DNA from: Candidatus Undinarchaeales archaeon
Lineage (GTDB): Archaea; SpSt-1190; JASMDC01
DNA length: 64,000 nucleotides
Assembly: GCA_030753015.1 (NCBI GenBank)
Contig: JASMDC010000005.1
Location: forward strand, 1 to 64,000
Direction of reading: 5' to 3'
Part shown: one piece after another, positions 45,573-55,316 of the stretch
Layout: every line of letters starts with the position of its first letter
How positions within the stretch are numbered: position 1 is the first letter of the stretch
Notes under the pieces: generated by a model
Seen by the model: only the letters and a program-made list of their open reading frames with translations
Database searches by the model: none
Told to the model about the DNA's origin: nothing
Program-made: the position numbers and the translations under genes

Positions 45573-46394
45573 TCACGACGAAATACCGTGCTTTTTCTCT
45601 GTTAGATCAGATAACGTTGTGAAACCTTCGGATCGAAAGTGCTCGATAAGATTGGTAAAGTCCTCTACAAAGGGTTTCCCCGTCCGATAATTGTAATAGA
45701 ACGGCACATGCGCGCTTTTCATCCCGATAAACTCCCATGAATGAACGTATAGGACGGGCGTTATCCCCTTTCTCATGAGATACTTGAACGAAGAGATGAC
45801 CCTATTGACCCCGAACAACCTCATGAAAAGCCATGATACCGGGAATCTGTAACTACTGACAGCCACCGGAACCTCCAGTATGTTGCTGCCCTCCAGTGGC
45901 CGAAAGATGTCCAAGGGCATTCTGCTATTGTTGTAATAACCCGGCAATATCGCCGGATGCAGAGAACTATCGTATTCAAAACCGAGCTCATCCAATATCC
46001 TTAGAAGTCGTTGTGAGTACTGCATCTGAGGTGCCCTGAAGCCCTTGATGCTCGTTACCTCTTCAAGGATCCCCTTTGCCCGCATGATATCTTCCTTTAG
46101 ATCCAGGGATGGATTGCCCCGATAGAAATGATCATGGCCATGGCAGGCGATCTCATGACCGTTCTTATTAATCCGCTTGACCTGCCCGAGCTCCTCTTCC
46201 GCGAAAGCACCCGTGATAAAGAACGTCGCTTTGATGTCGTGTTCGTCGAGGATATCCAGTAGGACCTCGTTCCCATCCCTGCTGAAAGATGTGTCCCCGT
46301 TCTCCTCCACTCGTTTCCCTTCCAATAACGGGCAGTTCCATTGTTCACTGTCAATTGTTAGTGCAATCAAACCATTCCACTGGTCGATGGACAA
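45573..46394 (-). CDS. Polysaccharide deacetylase (CE4 / DUF3473-like)
   Basis: TIDSE, ATFF, HEIACHGHDH, GFRAP, YDSS, YVHSWEF. Confidence 0.9.
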   Translation of the reverse strand: MSIDQWNGLIALTIDSEQWNCPLLEGKRVEENGDTSFSRDGNEVLLDILDEHDIKATFFITGAFAEEELGQVKRINKNGHEIACHGHDHFYRGNPSLDLKEDIMRAKGILEEVTSIKGFRAPQMQYSQRLLRILDELGFEYDSSLHPAILPGYYNNSRMPLDIFRPLEGSNILEVPVAVSSYRFPVSWLFMRLFGVNRVISSFKYLMRKGITPVLYVHSWEFIGMKSAHVPFYYNYRTGKPFVEDFTNLIEHFRSEGFTTLSDLTEKKHGISS

Positions 46395-46472
46395 GTTTAT
46401 ACATGAATCCCGCGGGACGTCCCAATCACGTTCCGGAGGTCCCCTCCAACGGGTCGTTAACAGAGCGCCGTC

Positions 46473-47867
46473 TCAGGCCTGATGACGTGAGGTCGCTCGT
46501 CCGAACAGTGCAAGCCCCACAACAAAAGCCAGTGCGGTGGGAACCCTGATGAGGAGCTCATCCGCCACTCCTCCAATGCGATAGAACAGGATGTGTACCT
46601 TTGGCCTGTTCGTAATGATCTCGTACGGGGGCCTATTACTTCGTTGCATCACTTGATAATGACCCCCTATCCATTCTTCGACAAGACCGCCGACGGGATT
46701 AGCATCGCTCTCGGGGTAGAACGACGCTGCACCCAGCAGGTTGATGAGGAAGGAGGAGAGGAGCAGGAACGTGAACACGAGCCAAAGCCGACCCTCGCGT
46801 CGGACGGTGAAGAGCGGGAGCACGAAGAAGGGCATAGCGGCCACCAGATAACGCGGGCCGAAGGCGGTGCCCGCCCACCAGCTGGCGTTCGCGGCGTTCA
46901 CCACGATCACAAGAACAGAGAGCGACACGATGAAGAGGACCTCGTCGCTCAGCCGCCGCCTGAGCCTTGACAGGAGCACGGCCGCCACGATCAACACCGG
47001 CGAGTAGAAGAACAATCCACGAGAAGGGCCGAGGGTAAGCCCGAGCAGTGCTGTCGGAGTGGGAGGGCCCAGCGTGTAGTAGAACCCATGATCGCTGCCC
47101 GCAAAGGGTCCGTGGTACTTGAAAGGCAGGCCGAAAGGATCGCCGAGCAGCAACCATGAATAGACGAGCAGCAGGGAAAGGATCGTACCTCCTGCGACCA
47201 GGAACGGGAACGTCCATCCAGGACGTTTCAGATAGCAGTAAAGGAGCAATCCGGGGAAGAACAGAACGGTGACATAGTCAGCGAGCCCAACAAGACCCGC
47301 GAGCGCCCCCGCCACAACGGCATCCTGCATCCCCCCCCAGCGCGGTCTATGGACGAGCATGAAGCTGGCGAAGGCCAAGAGCGCGGCAATGCTGTATGAA
47401 TAGAAGACGGTGGAATAGAAGAACGCGGGTGTGCAGAGAGCGTACGCAAGGGCGACCACTGAAGGGTCCACGTCCCCCGACCGGTGTATGCTCCGCCCGA
47501 ACCGGACCATGAGCAGAGCCGTGAGCGCGGTGGGGAGGCCTACGAGCAGGATCGTCGTGAGGTACACCGAGAGCTGCAGGTCGGCCCCGATCGACCAGAG
47601 CGCGTATACGATGGGCGCGCCCAGGATCGAGAGGAGCGGGCCTTTACCGTTGTAGATATGATCGTCCTTTCCGACGAAATCCATTGACGGGAAGAGGGGA
47701 TAGATCACATCGGGGAAGAAGCGCTCGATATGCCATTCCCCATGGATGCCCAGGGAGAGCGAGAGGGCGAACCGCGGTCCCTCGTTCGTACCGAGGAAGC
47801 AGGTGGTGAGGAGGGCGAAGCACACCAAGAGCCCCACTACCAGCGTGCGTTCGTCCAGAGAGCCCAT
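46473..47867 (-). CDS. GT-C-like membrane glycosyltransferase, paralog B2
   Basis: LDERTLVVG, NEGPRF, GKGP, RGLFFYSP, FGPRYL. Confidence 0.8.
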   Translation of the reverse strand: MGSLDERTLVVGLLVCFALLTTCFLGTNEGPRFALSLSLGIHGEWHIERFFPDVIYPLFPSMDFVGKDDHIYNGKGPLLSILGAPIVYALWSIGADLQLSVYLTTILLVGLPTALTALLMVRFGRSIHRSGDVDPSVVALAYALCTPAFFYSTVFYSYSIAALLAFASFMLVHRPRWGGMQDAVVAGALAGLVGLADYVTVLFFPGLLLYCYLKRPGWTFPFLVAGGTILSLLLVYSWLLLGDPFGLPFKYHGPFAGSDHGFYYTLGPPTPTALLGLTLGPSRGLFFYSPVLIVAAVLLSRLRRRLSDEVLFIVSLSVLVIVVNAANASWWAGTAFGPRYLVAAMPFFVLPLFTVRREGRLWLVFTFLLLSSFLINLLGAASFYPESDANPVGGLVEEWIGGHYQVMQRSNRPPYEIITNRPKVHILFYRIGGVADELLIRVPTALAFVVGLALFGRATSRHQA

Positions 47868-47873
47868 CCGTAG

Positions 47874-47910
47874 CATCATCCAGGAGGTAAAGAGTTTTAT
47901 TTCCCCCGGC
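47874..47910 (-). repeat. Duplicated upstream/promoter block, copy 1 (copy 2 at 50079-50115)
   Basis: CATCATC(C/T)AGGA(G/C)GTAAAGAGTTTTATTTCCCCCGGC, 35/37 identical. Confidence 0.9.
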
Positions 47911-47962
47911 GTGAGGGGCGCCACGCGAAAGTCTTTAAACCTCATCGTCCAAGCTGGGAGCG

Positions 47963-48667
47963 ATGGAGGAGACGCTGTCCGTATCCGTCATCTTCCCCTG
48001 CTACAACGAGGAGCGTAACGTCGAGAAGGCCGTGTCCGAGACCCTCGATACACTTGGCGACCTTGAGCTAGAGGTCATCATGGAGGAGGACGGTAGCAGC
48101 GACCGGACGGCCGAGATAGCACGCTCACTGGCCGATGGCGATCCCCGGGTCCGTGCCCTATCCTTCCCCGGAGCGCGCCTTGGCAGGGGAGGCGGTTTCC
48201 TCAAGGGCGCGGAGGTGGCGTCAAAGGACGTCATCGTGCTCATGGACGCCGATCTGGCCATCCACCCGCGGCACGTACGGGACGCTCTCGAGCGGATCGC
48301 GGCCGGGGCGGACCTCGTCATCGGTTCACGGAACGCTCACGGGGGGCGCCGTATCGTGAACCAGACCTGGGCCCGGGTCCTGACCGGCGTTGTCTACAGG
48401 ACCCTCGTCCGCCTGCTCTTCTTCCTGCCCCACAGCGACTTCCAATGCGGGTTCAAGGTGATGCGCCGCCGCATCCTCGACGACATCGACCTAACCCACT
48501 GGGACTGGGAGTTCGACACCGAGCTCATCTGGAAGGTCCACCGCGCAGGGCTCGTGATCGAAGAGATGGGCATCGTCTGGACCGAACGCGGCGACTCCCG
48601 CCTCCACATCTTCCCTGACGCGCTCCGGATGCTACGGGGGCTCATTCTCCTACGGTTGGGAAGGTGA
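47963..48667 (+). CDS. GT2 dolichol-phosphate glycosyltransferase-like protein
   Basis: PCYNEE, EDGSSDRT, MDADL, IGSR, DFQCGFK, FDTEL. Confidence 0.9.
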   Translation: MEETLSVSVIFPCYNEERNVEKAVSETLDTLGDLELEVIMEEDGSSDRTAEIARSLADGDPRVRALSFPGARLGRGGGFLKGAEVASKDVIVLMDADLAIHPRHVRDALERIAAGADLVIGSRNAHGGRRIVNQTWARVLTGVVYRTLVRLLFFLPHSDFQCGFKVMRRRILDDIDLTHWDWEFDTELIWKVHRAGLVIEEMGIVWTERGDSRLHIFPDALRMLRGLILLRLGR

Positions 48668-48683
48668 GTGTGCGCTGGAGCGC

Positions 48684-50072
48684 TCAGACCATAGCACGCC
48701 TCAACAGGACCAGACCCGCCGCGCAGACCAGGAGCGACGGTAGCCTGACAAGGGCCTCGTTGCCGTCCAATCCCAAGTGGTAGAGCACGAGGTGCACCTT
48801 GGGCCGCGCCACGATGATCTCGTAGGGCTCGCCCTCACCCGCGTCCATCATGAGGCGTCGACCGCTATACCATTTGGCGAGTAGGCCCGCCACGGGATTC
48901 TCTTTGTCCCCGGGGTAGTGGGAAACGGCGCCCACGAGGTTCACCAGGAACGAGATGAGAAGCAGCATCATGAACACGGGCCAGACGGCACCCATCCTGC
49001 GCACGGCAAGGAGCGGAAGAACGAAGAATGGCATGGCAGCCGTCATGTACCGGGGGCCGAAGGAAATGCCGGCACGCCAGTTCGAATGGGTGATGTGGAA
49101 TCCCATAAGGACGATGAACATGGCCATGACCAGGTATGCCTCGTGTGGATGAAGAGCACGGAACCGGAACCAGAGCACAGCGGCCACAATGAGGACCGGG
49201 CTATAGAAGAAGAGGCCCCGCTCGGATGAGAGCGTCACGCCAAAGGGCGCCTGCGGATCAGGGATCCCCCATTGGTACCACACGCCCTGCTCACGCGTGT
49301 TAGCAAAGGTAGCGTGGTACTTGTACGGGAGGCCGAAGGGATCCCCGAGCATGGCATAGGCATAGAGCGGAAGGAGGGAGAGCATCAAGCCGCCCGATAC
49401 GAGGAACGGAACGGTCCAGCGGGGGCGTCTCAGCACACAATAGAGAAGGAGACCGGGGAAGAGCAGGAGGGTCGCGAAGTCCGCAAGACCCGAGAGGCCG
49501 GCGAGCGCCCCTGCGGCCAATCCACCACGGACATCCCCATACCGGTCTCCCGCATGCACGACCCAGAAGCTCGCGACGGCGAGGAAGGATGCCATGCTGT
49601 ACGGGAAAAAGACGGTGCCGTAGTAGAAGGCGTTCGTGCACAATGCATAGGCCAAGGCCACGAGCGTCGGATCGATGTCCCCCGGCCTGTGGACCGAGCG
49701 GCCGAACCAGAAGATCAGCAGGGCGGTGAGGGCCGTGGGGAGACCCGCAAGCAGGAGCGTTGTCACGTAAACCGTTGTACGGAGGTCAGCACCGGCCATC
49801 TGAAGGATTCGCACGATGGGAGCGGCCAGTACGGACAGGAGCGGGCCCTTGTCACTGTAGATATGACCGTCCTTTTTGACGTAGTCGATAGGAGGGAACA
49901 GGGGATGGAGTACCTCGGGGAAGAAACTGTCGATGTGCCATTCCCCTTGGATCCCCAGGGAGAGCGAGAGGGCGAACCGCGGTGCCTCATTTGTCGAAAG
50001 GAAGCATGTGGTCAGGAGGGCGAAGCACACCAGAAGCCCCACTACCAGCGTTCGTTCGTCCAGGTGGGCCAT
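48684..50072 (-). CDS. GT-C-like membrane glycosyltransferase, paralog B3
   Basis: LDERTLVVG, NEAPRF, SDKGP, RGLFFYSP, FGPRYM. Confidence 0.8.
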   Translation of the reverse strand: MAHLDERTLVVGLLVCFALLTTCFLSTNEAPRFALSLSLGIQGEWHIDSFFPEVLHPLFPPIDYVKKDGHIYSDKGPLLSVLAAPIVRILQMAGADLRTTVYVTTLLLAGLPTALTALLIFWFGRSVHRPGDIDPTLVALAYALCTNAFYYGTVFFPYSMASFLAVASFWVVHAGDRYGDVRGGLAAGALAGLSGLADFATLLLFPGLLLYCVLRRPRWTVPFLVSGGLMLSLLPLYAYAMLGDPFGLPYKYHATFANTREQGVWYQWGIPDPQAPFGVTLSSERGLFFYSPVLIVAAVLWFRFRALHPHEAYLVMAMFIVLMGFHITHSNWRAGISFGPRYMTAAMPFFVLPLLAVRRMGAVWPVFMMLLLISFLVNLVGAVSHYPGDKENPVAGLLAKWYSGRRLMMDAGEGEPYEIIVARPKVHLVLYHLGLDGNEALVRLPSLLVCAAGLVLLRRAMV

Positions 50073-50078
50073 CCGTGA

Positions 50079-50115
50079 CATCATCTAGGACGTAAAGAGT
50101 TTTATTTCCCCCGGC
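50079..50115 (-). repeat. Duplicated upstream/promoter block, copy 2
   Basis: Matches 47874-47910. Confidence 0.9.
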
Positions 50116-50124
50116 CCGGCCGTC

Positions 50125-52086
50125 CTACTTCTCAATCTTCCAGAAATGATCGAGGGTCGCTTTCAGGGCCTTGGTGTTGTAGACGCGGATCATCTCGTCT
50201 TTAAGGGAGTCGGGGACCAGTTTGAGGTACCGGTCGTTGAGGATGCGGTTGTCGATGAGATAGACCACGCCCCGGTCACGCATCGTACGGATGAGGCGGC
50301 CTTTTGCCTGCATGATGCGTGCCAGCGCCGGGTAGGTGAACACGTAGTTGTAGCCATCACCGAAACTGCGCTGCAGGTAGCGCTGGAGCCGCTTGTTCTC
50401 CTCCGAGGGGACCGGGATGCCCATCCCGACGACGATGACACCGATGACGCCCTCCTCCTTGAGGTCGATACCCTCCGAGAAGGAACCGCCCAGTACACCG
50501 AGCAGGACGGTCGGCATCTTCATCAGCCCGCGTGTGCGCATGTCGGACATCATTCGGTCCCTCTCGCGCTGGTTTAGCGAGCGCTTCTCCTCGAGCATCT
50601 TGATCCCCCGTGGGAGGTCGAGCCGCTTGGAGTACTTGGCGAGCTCGCGGTAGGACGAGAAGAACACCAGATAGTTGCCCGGATAGGTCGTCACCATGGT
50701 CTCTAGGCGTTCAGTCACACCGTTCAAGGTGTCGGGGAGGTCCCGGTAGCGCATGGAGTTGTTCATTCGCGCGTCGACCAGCACCAGGCGGTTCTCGGGG
50801 GGGAAGGGTGACGGGTATGTTGCGGCCATGCAGCCATCGCCCAGGCCCAGGATGCGCCGGTAGTAGGGCTGCGGGCTGAGCGTGGCGCTCTGGATGATCG
50901 CGGCACGGAAGGCGTCCACCTGCCGGCGCACCTCCATCGAGACGTCGAGCTTCTTGAGCCGGAGGAGATGGTCCTTCTGACCGTCCCGCCATGATACCAC
51001 GATGTAGTTCTCGTTGAACGAGGGGTCCTTGGCGAAGCGGAGGATGGCCGCGCAGTTATCGGCAAAGCGGGAGAGAGAGCGCTCGGACCGTTCCTGGTGG
51101 TCCTTGTTTGGGATCTGGGCCAGTCCGCGGGCGAGATCGGATTTGAATTCCTTGTCCTCCATGCTCCGCACGACAGCGGATGCGGGCTCCGCCAGCTCCT
51201 TGATCTCTACAGCAGAAGTGGGGACGACCGTGTCCAGGCCGTCACCCCTGTTCGTACGCTGACAAACATCCTTGACCGTGTCGGCAAGGGCGCCCACCTC
51301 CTCGGTCAGGGCAGTGAAGGGACCGGCCGTCCGGCTGTCCAGGGTCGCAAGTGTCGTGGAGACGATGTCCAATGCCTTCTGGGTTAGAGTCGCCGAGTAG
51401 AACGCCAGCACACGGTCGTACAGGTTGTGTCCCTCGTCCACGACGAGCATGCGCTTGCTGTAGTCCAGCTCGTAATGAGAGGTCATCACCTCGGCGATGC
51501 CCGGTGAGAACACGTAGTTATAGTCGCACACCACGATATCGGCGGTCTTCGCCAACCGCATCGCGGTGCGATGAGGACAGTACTCCGCGCTCCGTCCGAA
51601 CGAGATGAGCGACGGTACGTCCAGATAGACCGTGCTCCTCCTAAAACGCTTGATCTCCTTGTTCACGTCCCGGGGGTTGTCGTACTGGGCGATGTTCTTC
51701 TGGCCGTCACGGCGCTTCTCCTGGAGGTAGGGGCACCGTTTGACGGCACACTGGAGACGGCGGCGGTTGATGCACAGGTCCCCCTTCGACACCAGATCGA
51801 GCACCCTGAACTCGTGGCCCTGCTTGTTAATCCGGCGCACATCATCGAACACCACAGCGTGCTGGGTCTTGCGTGGTGTGACGAACACGATGCCCTCGAT
51901 CTCGCCACGCTCAACCGCCTCCAGTCCCGGTACGATGGCGTTGAGGGTCTTTCCGGTCCCCGTCGGGCTCTCTACGAGGGCGATACCACGGTCACGGATG
52001 GTGCTCCGATTGGCCTCGATGATATCCTCTTGGCCTGCGCGGAAGGAGGAGTAGGGAAAGTACTTCGCTCCCGGGGGCGTGGCCAT
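50125..52086 (-). CDS. xpd: XPD/Rad3/DinG-family Fe-S DNA helicase
   Basis: PTGTGKT, four-Cys cluster (DLC..C..CPY..CPH), DEGHN, SATL, SEGID, Q..GRLIR. Confidence 0.9.
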   Translation of the reverse strand: MATPPGAKYFPYSSFRAGQEDIIEANRSTIRDRGIALVESPTGTGKTLNAIVPGLEAVERGEIEGIVFVTPRKTQHAVVFDDVRRINKQGHEFRVLDLVSKGDLCINRRRLQCAVKRCPYLQEKRRDGQKNIAQYDNPRDVNKEIKRFRRSTVYLDVPSLISFGRSAEYCPHRTAMRLAKTADIVVCDYNYVFSPGIAEVMTSHYELDYSKRMLVVDEGHNLYDRVLAFYSATLTQKALDIVSTTLATLDSRTAGPFTALTEEVGALADTVKDVCQRTNRGDGLDTVVPTSAVEIKELAEPASAVVRSMEDKEFKSDLARGLAQIPNKDHQERSERSLSRFADNCAAILRFAKDPSFNENYIVVSWRDGQKDHLLRLKKLDVSMEVRRQVDAFRAAIIQSATLSPQPYYRRILGLGDGCMAATYPSPFPPENRLVLVDARMNNSMRYRDLPDTLNGVTERLETMVTTYPGNYLVFFSSYRELAKYSKRLDLPRGIKMLEEKRSLNQRERDRMMSDMRTRGLMKMPTVLLGVLGGSFSEGIDLKEEGVIGVIVVGMGIPVPSEENKRLQRYLQRSFGDGYNYVFTYPALARIMQAKGRLIRTMRDRGVVYLIDNRILNDRYLKLVPDSLKDEMIRVYNTKALKATLDHFWKIEK

Positions 52087-52491
52087 GTCGGGAGCGCCGG
52101 GGGCATAGGATAAATATGTTCGCTCGGGACCGCCGGGGGGCCTGAGCCCATTGCACCGTAGGCACCGAGGCAGTGACCTCGGTCGGGGGGTGTGAGCATC
52201 TTTTATCCAGGACCTGTGATATCCGAAGCGCATCTCGGATACATGACGAGGACCAGTCCGGTCCGCACAGACTCTCGGGTAAAGGTACGACAGTAACTTA
52301 TATTGGAAATCGTTCTCGCTATACAGACACGAGAAGGGGATTCTCTGCCTGTAAGTTTGTGACGGTTCTTTCGTATACTAGTGCGCATTAGGGGCGATAT
52401 CCGAATACGAAGGAGGGTCACTTTTTCTGAAAGAAAATTGCAGATATAGGTAGTTGCACGCCATCGTCGACTGTCCCGTAAGCAGGACTGA

Positions 52492-52758
52492 TCAAGTCTT
52501 GTAGATGTTATCGTGATGATCGTAATCTTCGATGATGACGGTTTTCGTTCTTTCATTGACAGAGAAGACCATTACGAAATTACTATCGATGTGAACTCTT
52601 TTCAGATGTTGTAGTGGTTTTCGCAGGTTCTTGTACCTGTGAGGATTGATTACGATCTCGTCGATTTTCTTGAAAATGATTTCCAACTGGCCCGGATCCT
52701 TCTTCGCCAGCTTGAAGAAGACCTTCTCGACTGATTTCCTGAGCTCGTAATTATACAT
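52492..52758 (-). CDS. RelE/ParE/YafQ-superfamily toxin
   Basis: NPHRYKNLRKPL..LKRVHID..FV..F and C-terminal DHHDNIY. Confidence 0.85.
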   Translation of the reverse strand: MYNYELRKSVEKVFFKLAKKDPGQLEIIFKKIDEIVINPHRYKNLRKPLQHLKRVHIDSNFVMVFSVNERTKTVIIEDYDHHDNIYKT

Positions 52759-53000
52759 CACTTATTTAGCCCGAAATGCTTTCTGAAATCCTTGACCTTG
52801 ACGGTCCTCTCCTGTTGCCTCGCGTTCATCTTCTCGATGAATTCGGGCCTGAGCTCCGGTTCGAAGAGTTCGTCTTCATAGACATGGATGATGTACTCGA
52901 TCGCTTGCGACTTGTTACGAAAGCCATGCAATCCTTTTACAACGTTGACCACTCTGTCCTCTTCCGCAGTCAACGTGACTAGTGCCTGGACCATGATCAT
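52758..53000 (-). CDS. DUF2683-like antitoxin
   Basis: MVQALV...RVVNVVK...NKSQAIE...EPELRPEF, translationally coupled to the toxin. Confidence 0.8.
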   Translation of the reverse strand: MIMVQALVTLTAEEDRVVNVVKGLHGFRNKSQAIEYIIHVYEDELFEPELRPEFIEKMNARQQERTVKVKDFRKHFGLNK

Positions 53001-53384
53001 TCACCTTTGATACTAACTATATATTATGCTTCGTAACTATTTATTACTTTTCATTATGTTTTATAACGGAACGAAAACCGACGGTTACGACGGCGTACAA
53101 CAGTGGGTTATCCGACCCAGCTTCTTCCTCCATATAACTGTAAGAGGCACACCTACGTTGTCGCCCCCTCAGCCTGAATAACACCCATGTGGATATCCGA
53201 ATTACTGATTTTTCCCAACGACGCGATAATAGTGGTTATGCGACGTCATTTCTAGCGTTCAGAATGTTGACGAATTCTAAATGATAGAGTAATCAGTTTA
53301 CCTGCTCTAACTGCTTACTATATCATTATGAAATGCATGCGCATAAGCCATGAGTCCATTTCTCCACGCCAACACCACCCTCAC

Positions 53385-53496
53385 CGCTACGAAGGCAGAG
53401 GCAAGTGAAGTCGTCTAAGCAGGCACCAAACGCAGTGAGCCCTTCCGGGCGATGGACGCTGGAAATCCACGGATCCTATCCTCGGGAGAATGTCAC
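53385..53496 (+). ncRNA. omegaRNA-like scaffold / IS605 right end, copy 2 (no tnpB adjacent)
   Basis: GCAAGTG...GTGAGCCCTTCCGGGCGATGGACGCTGGAA...ATGTCAC aligns with 20029-20123. Confidence 0.6.
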
Positions 53497-54473
53497 CGCA
53501 TCCACTCGTGCAACGAATGGTAGCGGGGCGCCGGGTGGTCGTCCTCGCCATCCAACTGGGCGCGTAACAGGCCGAGGGTCGCTGTACACTCGGCAACGGC
53601 GTTGTGGCGATGTATGCTCTCCATGCTCTCCATCCTCGCGACCACGAGTGCTTGATCGGATAGCTCGGGGAAATGTGTCGTCACACCGCCCACCATGGAA
53701 CGCACCGCGTCCTCGACGAACCGCGGTCGCTTGTGAGCGCGGGACACGACATGGGCCTCGTCGGGGCGCTTGAGCACCTCGAACACCGGCGAGGAGAATG
53801 CGTCCTCGACGATATCGATGAGCATGTCCGCCTCCACTCTGAGCCGTGGATCAGCGAGCCCGACGGTGAGCTCGGCACGGCCTCGCTGGTTGTGCGTGGC
53901 GATGGGGAGCCTGCCAAGGACCTTGTCGATCGCAGCATCGTCCATCCCTGCCTCGACCAGCACCTCACGCGACGTCTCCCGCATCATCTCCTGCGCGCAG
54001 GGACAGGCGAGCATCCCTTCCACCTCGACCCCTATCGTGCGTCGCGTGGAGATATCGCCGTTCTTGCGCCTGGCCACGGCCCTGCCCACAAGTGTGTACA
54101 TCTCCTGGCTCCGTCGCCCGCTCACGGGGCTTTTGCGGTCAAGAGGGTACTCCGCGGCGAGGTGCACCTCGGTGCGGGTCGCTTCAGGATGCCGTTCCAA
54201 GAGCCGAGAGGCCACCTCGGTGCAGAACTGCTCGACGTCCGCGACCTCATGCTCGACACCCTCCTCGATGACCTCGTTGATCGTGTCCGTGCACCGGGAC
54301 ATGTGGATCCCTTTCTTCATCGGATTGAGGTCGATATACACCTCGATATGGGCAGCGAGCGCATTATCCTTCCCTCCGCGTCGGCGAACGATGAGCTTGC
54401 GGATGCCCGTGACCCCTACCCTGTTGAGGGTGATACGGTGGTCGGGCGCCAGTTCCTGCACATCGGCAGTCAT
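53493..54473 (-). CDS. mptA: GTP cyclohydrolase MptA (FolE2 family)
   Basis: DVQ, RVGVTG, KGIHMSR, CPCA, HNQRG, LKRPDE, FVED, ESIHRH. Confidence 0.93.
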   Translation of the reverse strand: MTADVQELAPDHRITLNRVGVTGIRKLIVRRRGGKDNALAAHIEVYIDLNPMKKGIHMSRCTDTINEVIEEGVEHEVADVEQFCTEVASRLLERHPEATRTEVHLAAEYPLDRKSPVSGRRSQEMYTLVGRAVARRKNGDISTRRTIGVEVEGMLACPCAQEMMRETSREVLVEAGMDDAAIDKVLGRLPIATHNQRGRAELTVGLADPRLRVEADMLIDIVEDAFSSPVFEVLKRPDEAHVVSRAHKRPRFVEDAVRSMVGGVTTHFPELSDQALVVARMESMESIHRHNAVAECTATLGLLRAQLDGEDDHPAPRYHSLHEWMR

Positions 54474-54485
54474 GGTTCTAGCACC

Positions 54486-55262
54486 TCAGGGAAATCCGGC
54501 CTGGCGGTGCCCCTGGACCGAGAGCGAGACCGCCTCGACGGGCAGACGCTCGCAGGCAGCGTCGGCGAAGCTGAGCAGGAGGCGGAGCGACGGGGGGAGG
54601 GCATCTCCCAGAGGGGTCACCGGCTGGATGGCCAGTGGGACATCGGTCTCGGCCAGGAGCCCGGCCACATACCCAACGTCCTGCTCACGAGTACGCCCCG
54701 TGACGACGAGCTTGGCATAGGTCGCGCACCCTTCCTTCTTGAAGGTCACTGCACTGGCCACTTCACGTGCAACGAGCTCCTTCCAATCTTTATCTCCGTG
54801 TGCCCCGGCCGTGCGGTCCTTGATATCCACGCTGGCCACGTCCACTAGTTTCGCTACCTTCTTCGCGGCCTTGGGATCGTTGCCGTTCGTTTCCAGAAAG
54901 ACGGGCAGCTTCTTCTTCTTGAGGATCGTGAACACCTTCTTGAGAAAAGGGACGTGGAGCAGAGGCTCGCCCCCGGTGAACGATACCGAATGGAACGACG
55001 GGGTACGTAGAGCAAGCACTGCGTCGACGACCTGGGTGGGCGTCATGGGATTCTCGATCTCGCGCCGGCGGGAACCGGGAGTCGCCTCCACGAGGGCAGG
55101 TTGTCCCGAGGGGCCAAGGAGATGGGCCGTGTCGCACCAGTCACACCGGACATCGCATCCTCGGAGTCGGACGAACACCTGGCGGCAGCCTGCGCACGAG
55201 CCGGACACGGTCCCACCCTCCCCTTGGAAGGAGGTGAATATCTCGTGCACCTCGGTATCCAT
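54486..55262 (-). CDS. queE: 7-carboxy-7-deazaguanine synthase-like radical SAM protein
   Basis: EIFTSFQGEG, FVRLRGCDVRCDWCDT, TGGEPLL, ETNG, IQPVT. Confidence 0.88.
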   Translation of the reverse strand: MDTEVHEIFTSFQGEGGTVSGSCAGCRQVFVRLRGCDVRCDWCDTAHLLGPSGQPALVEATPGSRRREIENPMTPTQVVDAVLALRTPSFHSVSFTGGEPLLHVPFLKKVFTILKKKKLPVFLETNGNDPKAAKKVAKLVDVASVDIKDRTAGAHGDKDWKELVAREVASAVTFKKEGCATYAKLVVTGRTREQDVGYVAGLLAETDVPLAIQPVTPLGDALPPSLRLLLSFADAACERLPVEAVSLSVQGHRQAGFP

Positions 55263-55316
55263 TGCGGGTGCCAGCAGCGGAGGATTTATAAATGCCTCGG
55301 ACAGAGCGGCAGCGGC

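Noticed and set aside
26798-50115. GT-C paralogs as a diversity-generating retroelement or invertible cassette
   Set aside because: No reverse transcriptase, recombinase or adenine-specific repeat pair was seen.
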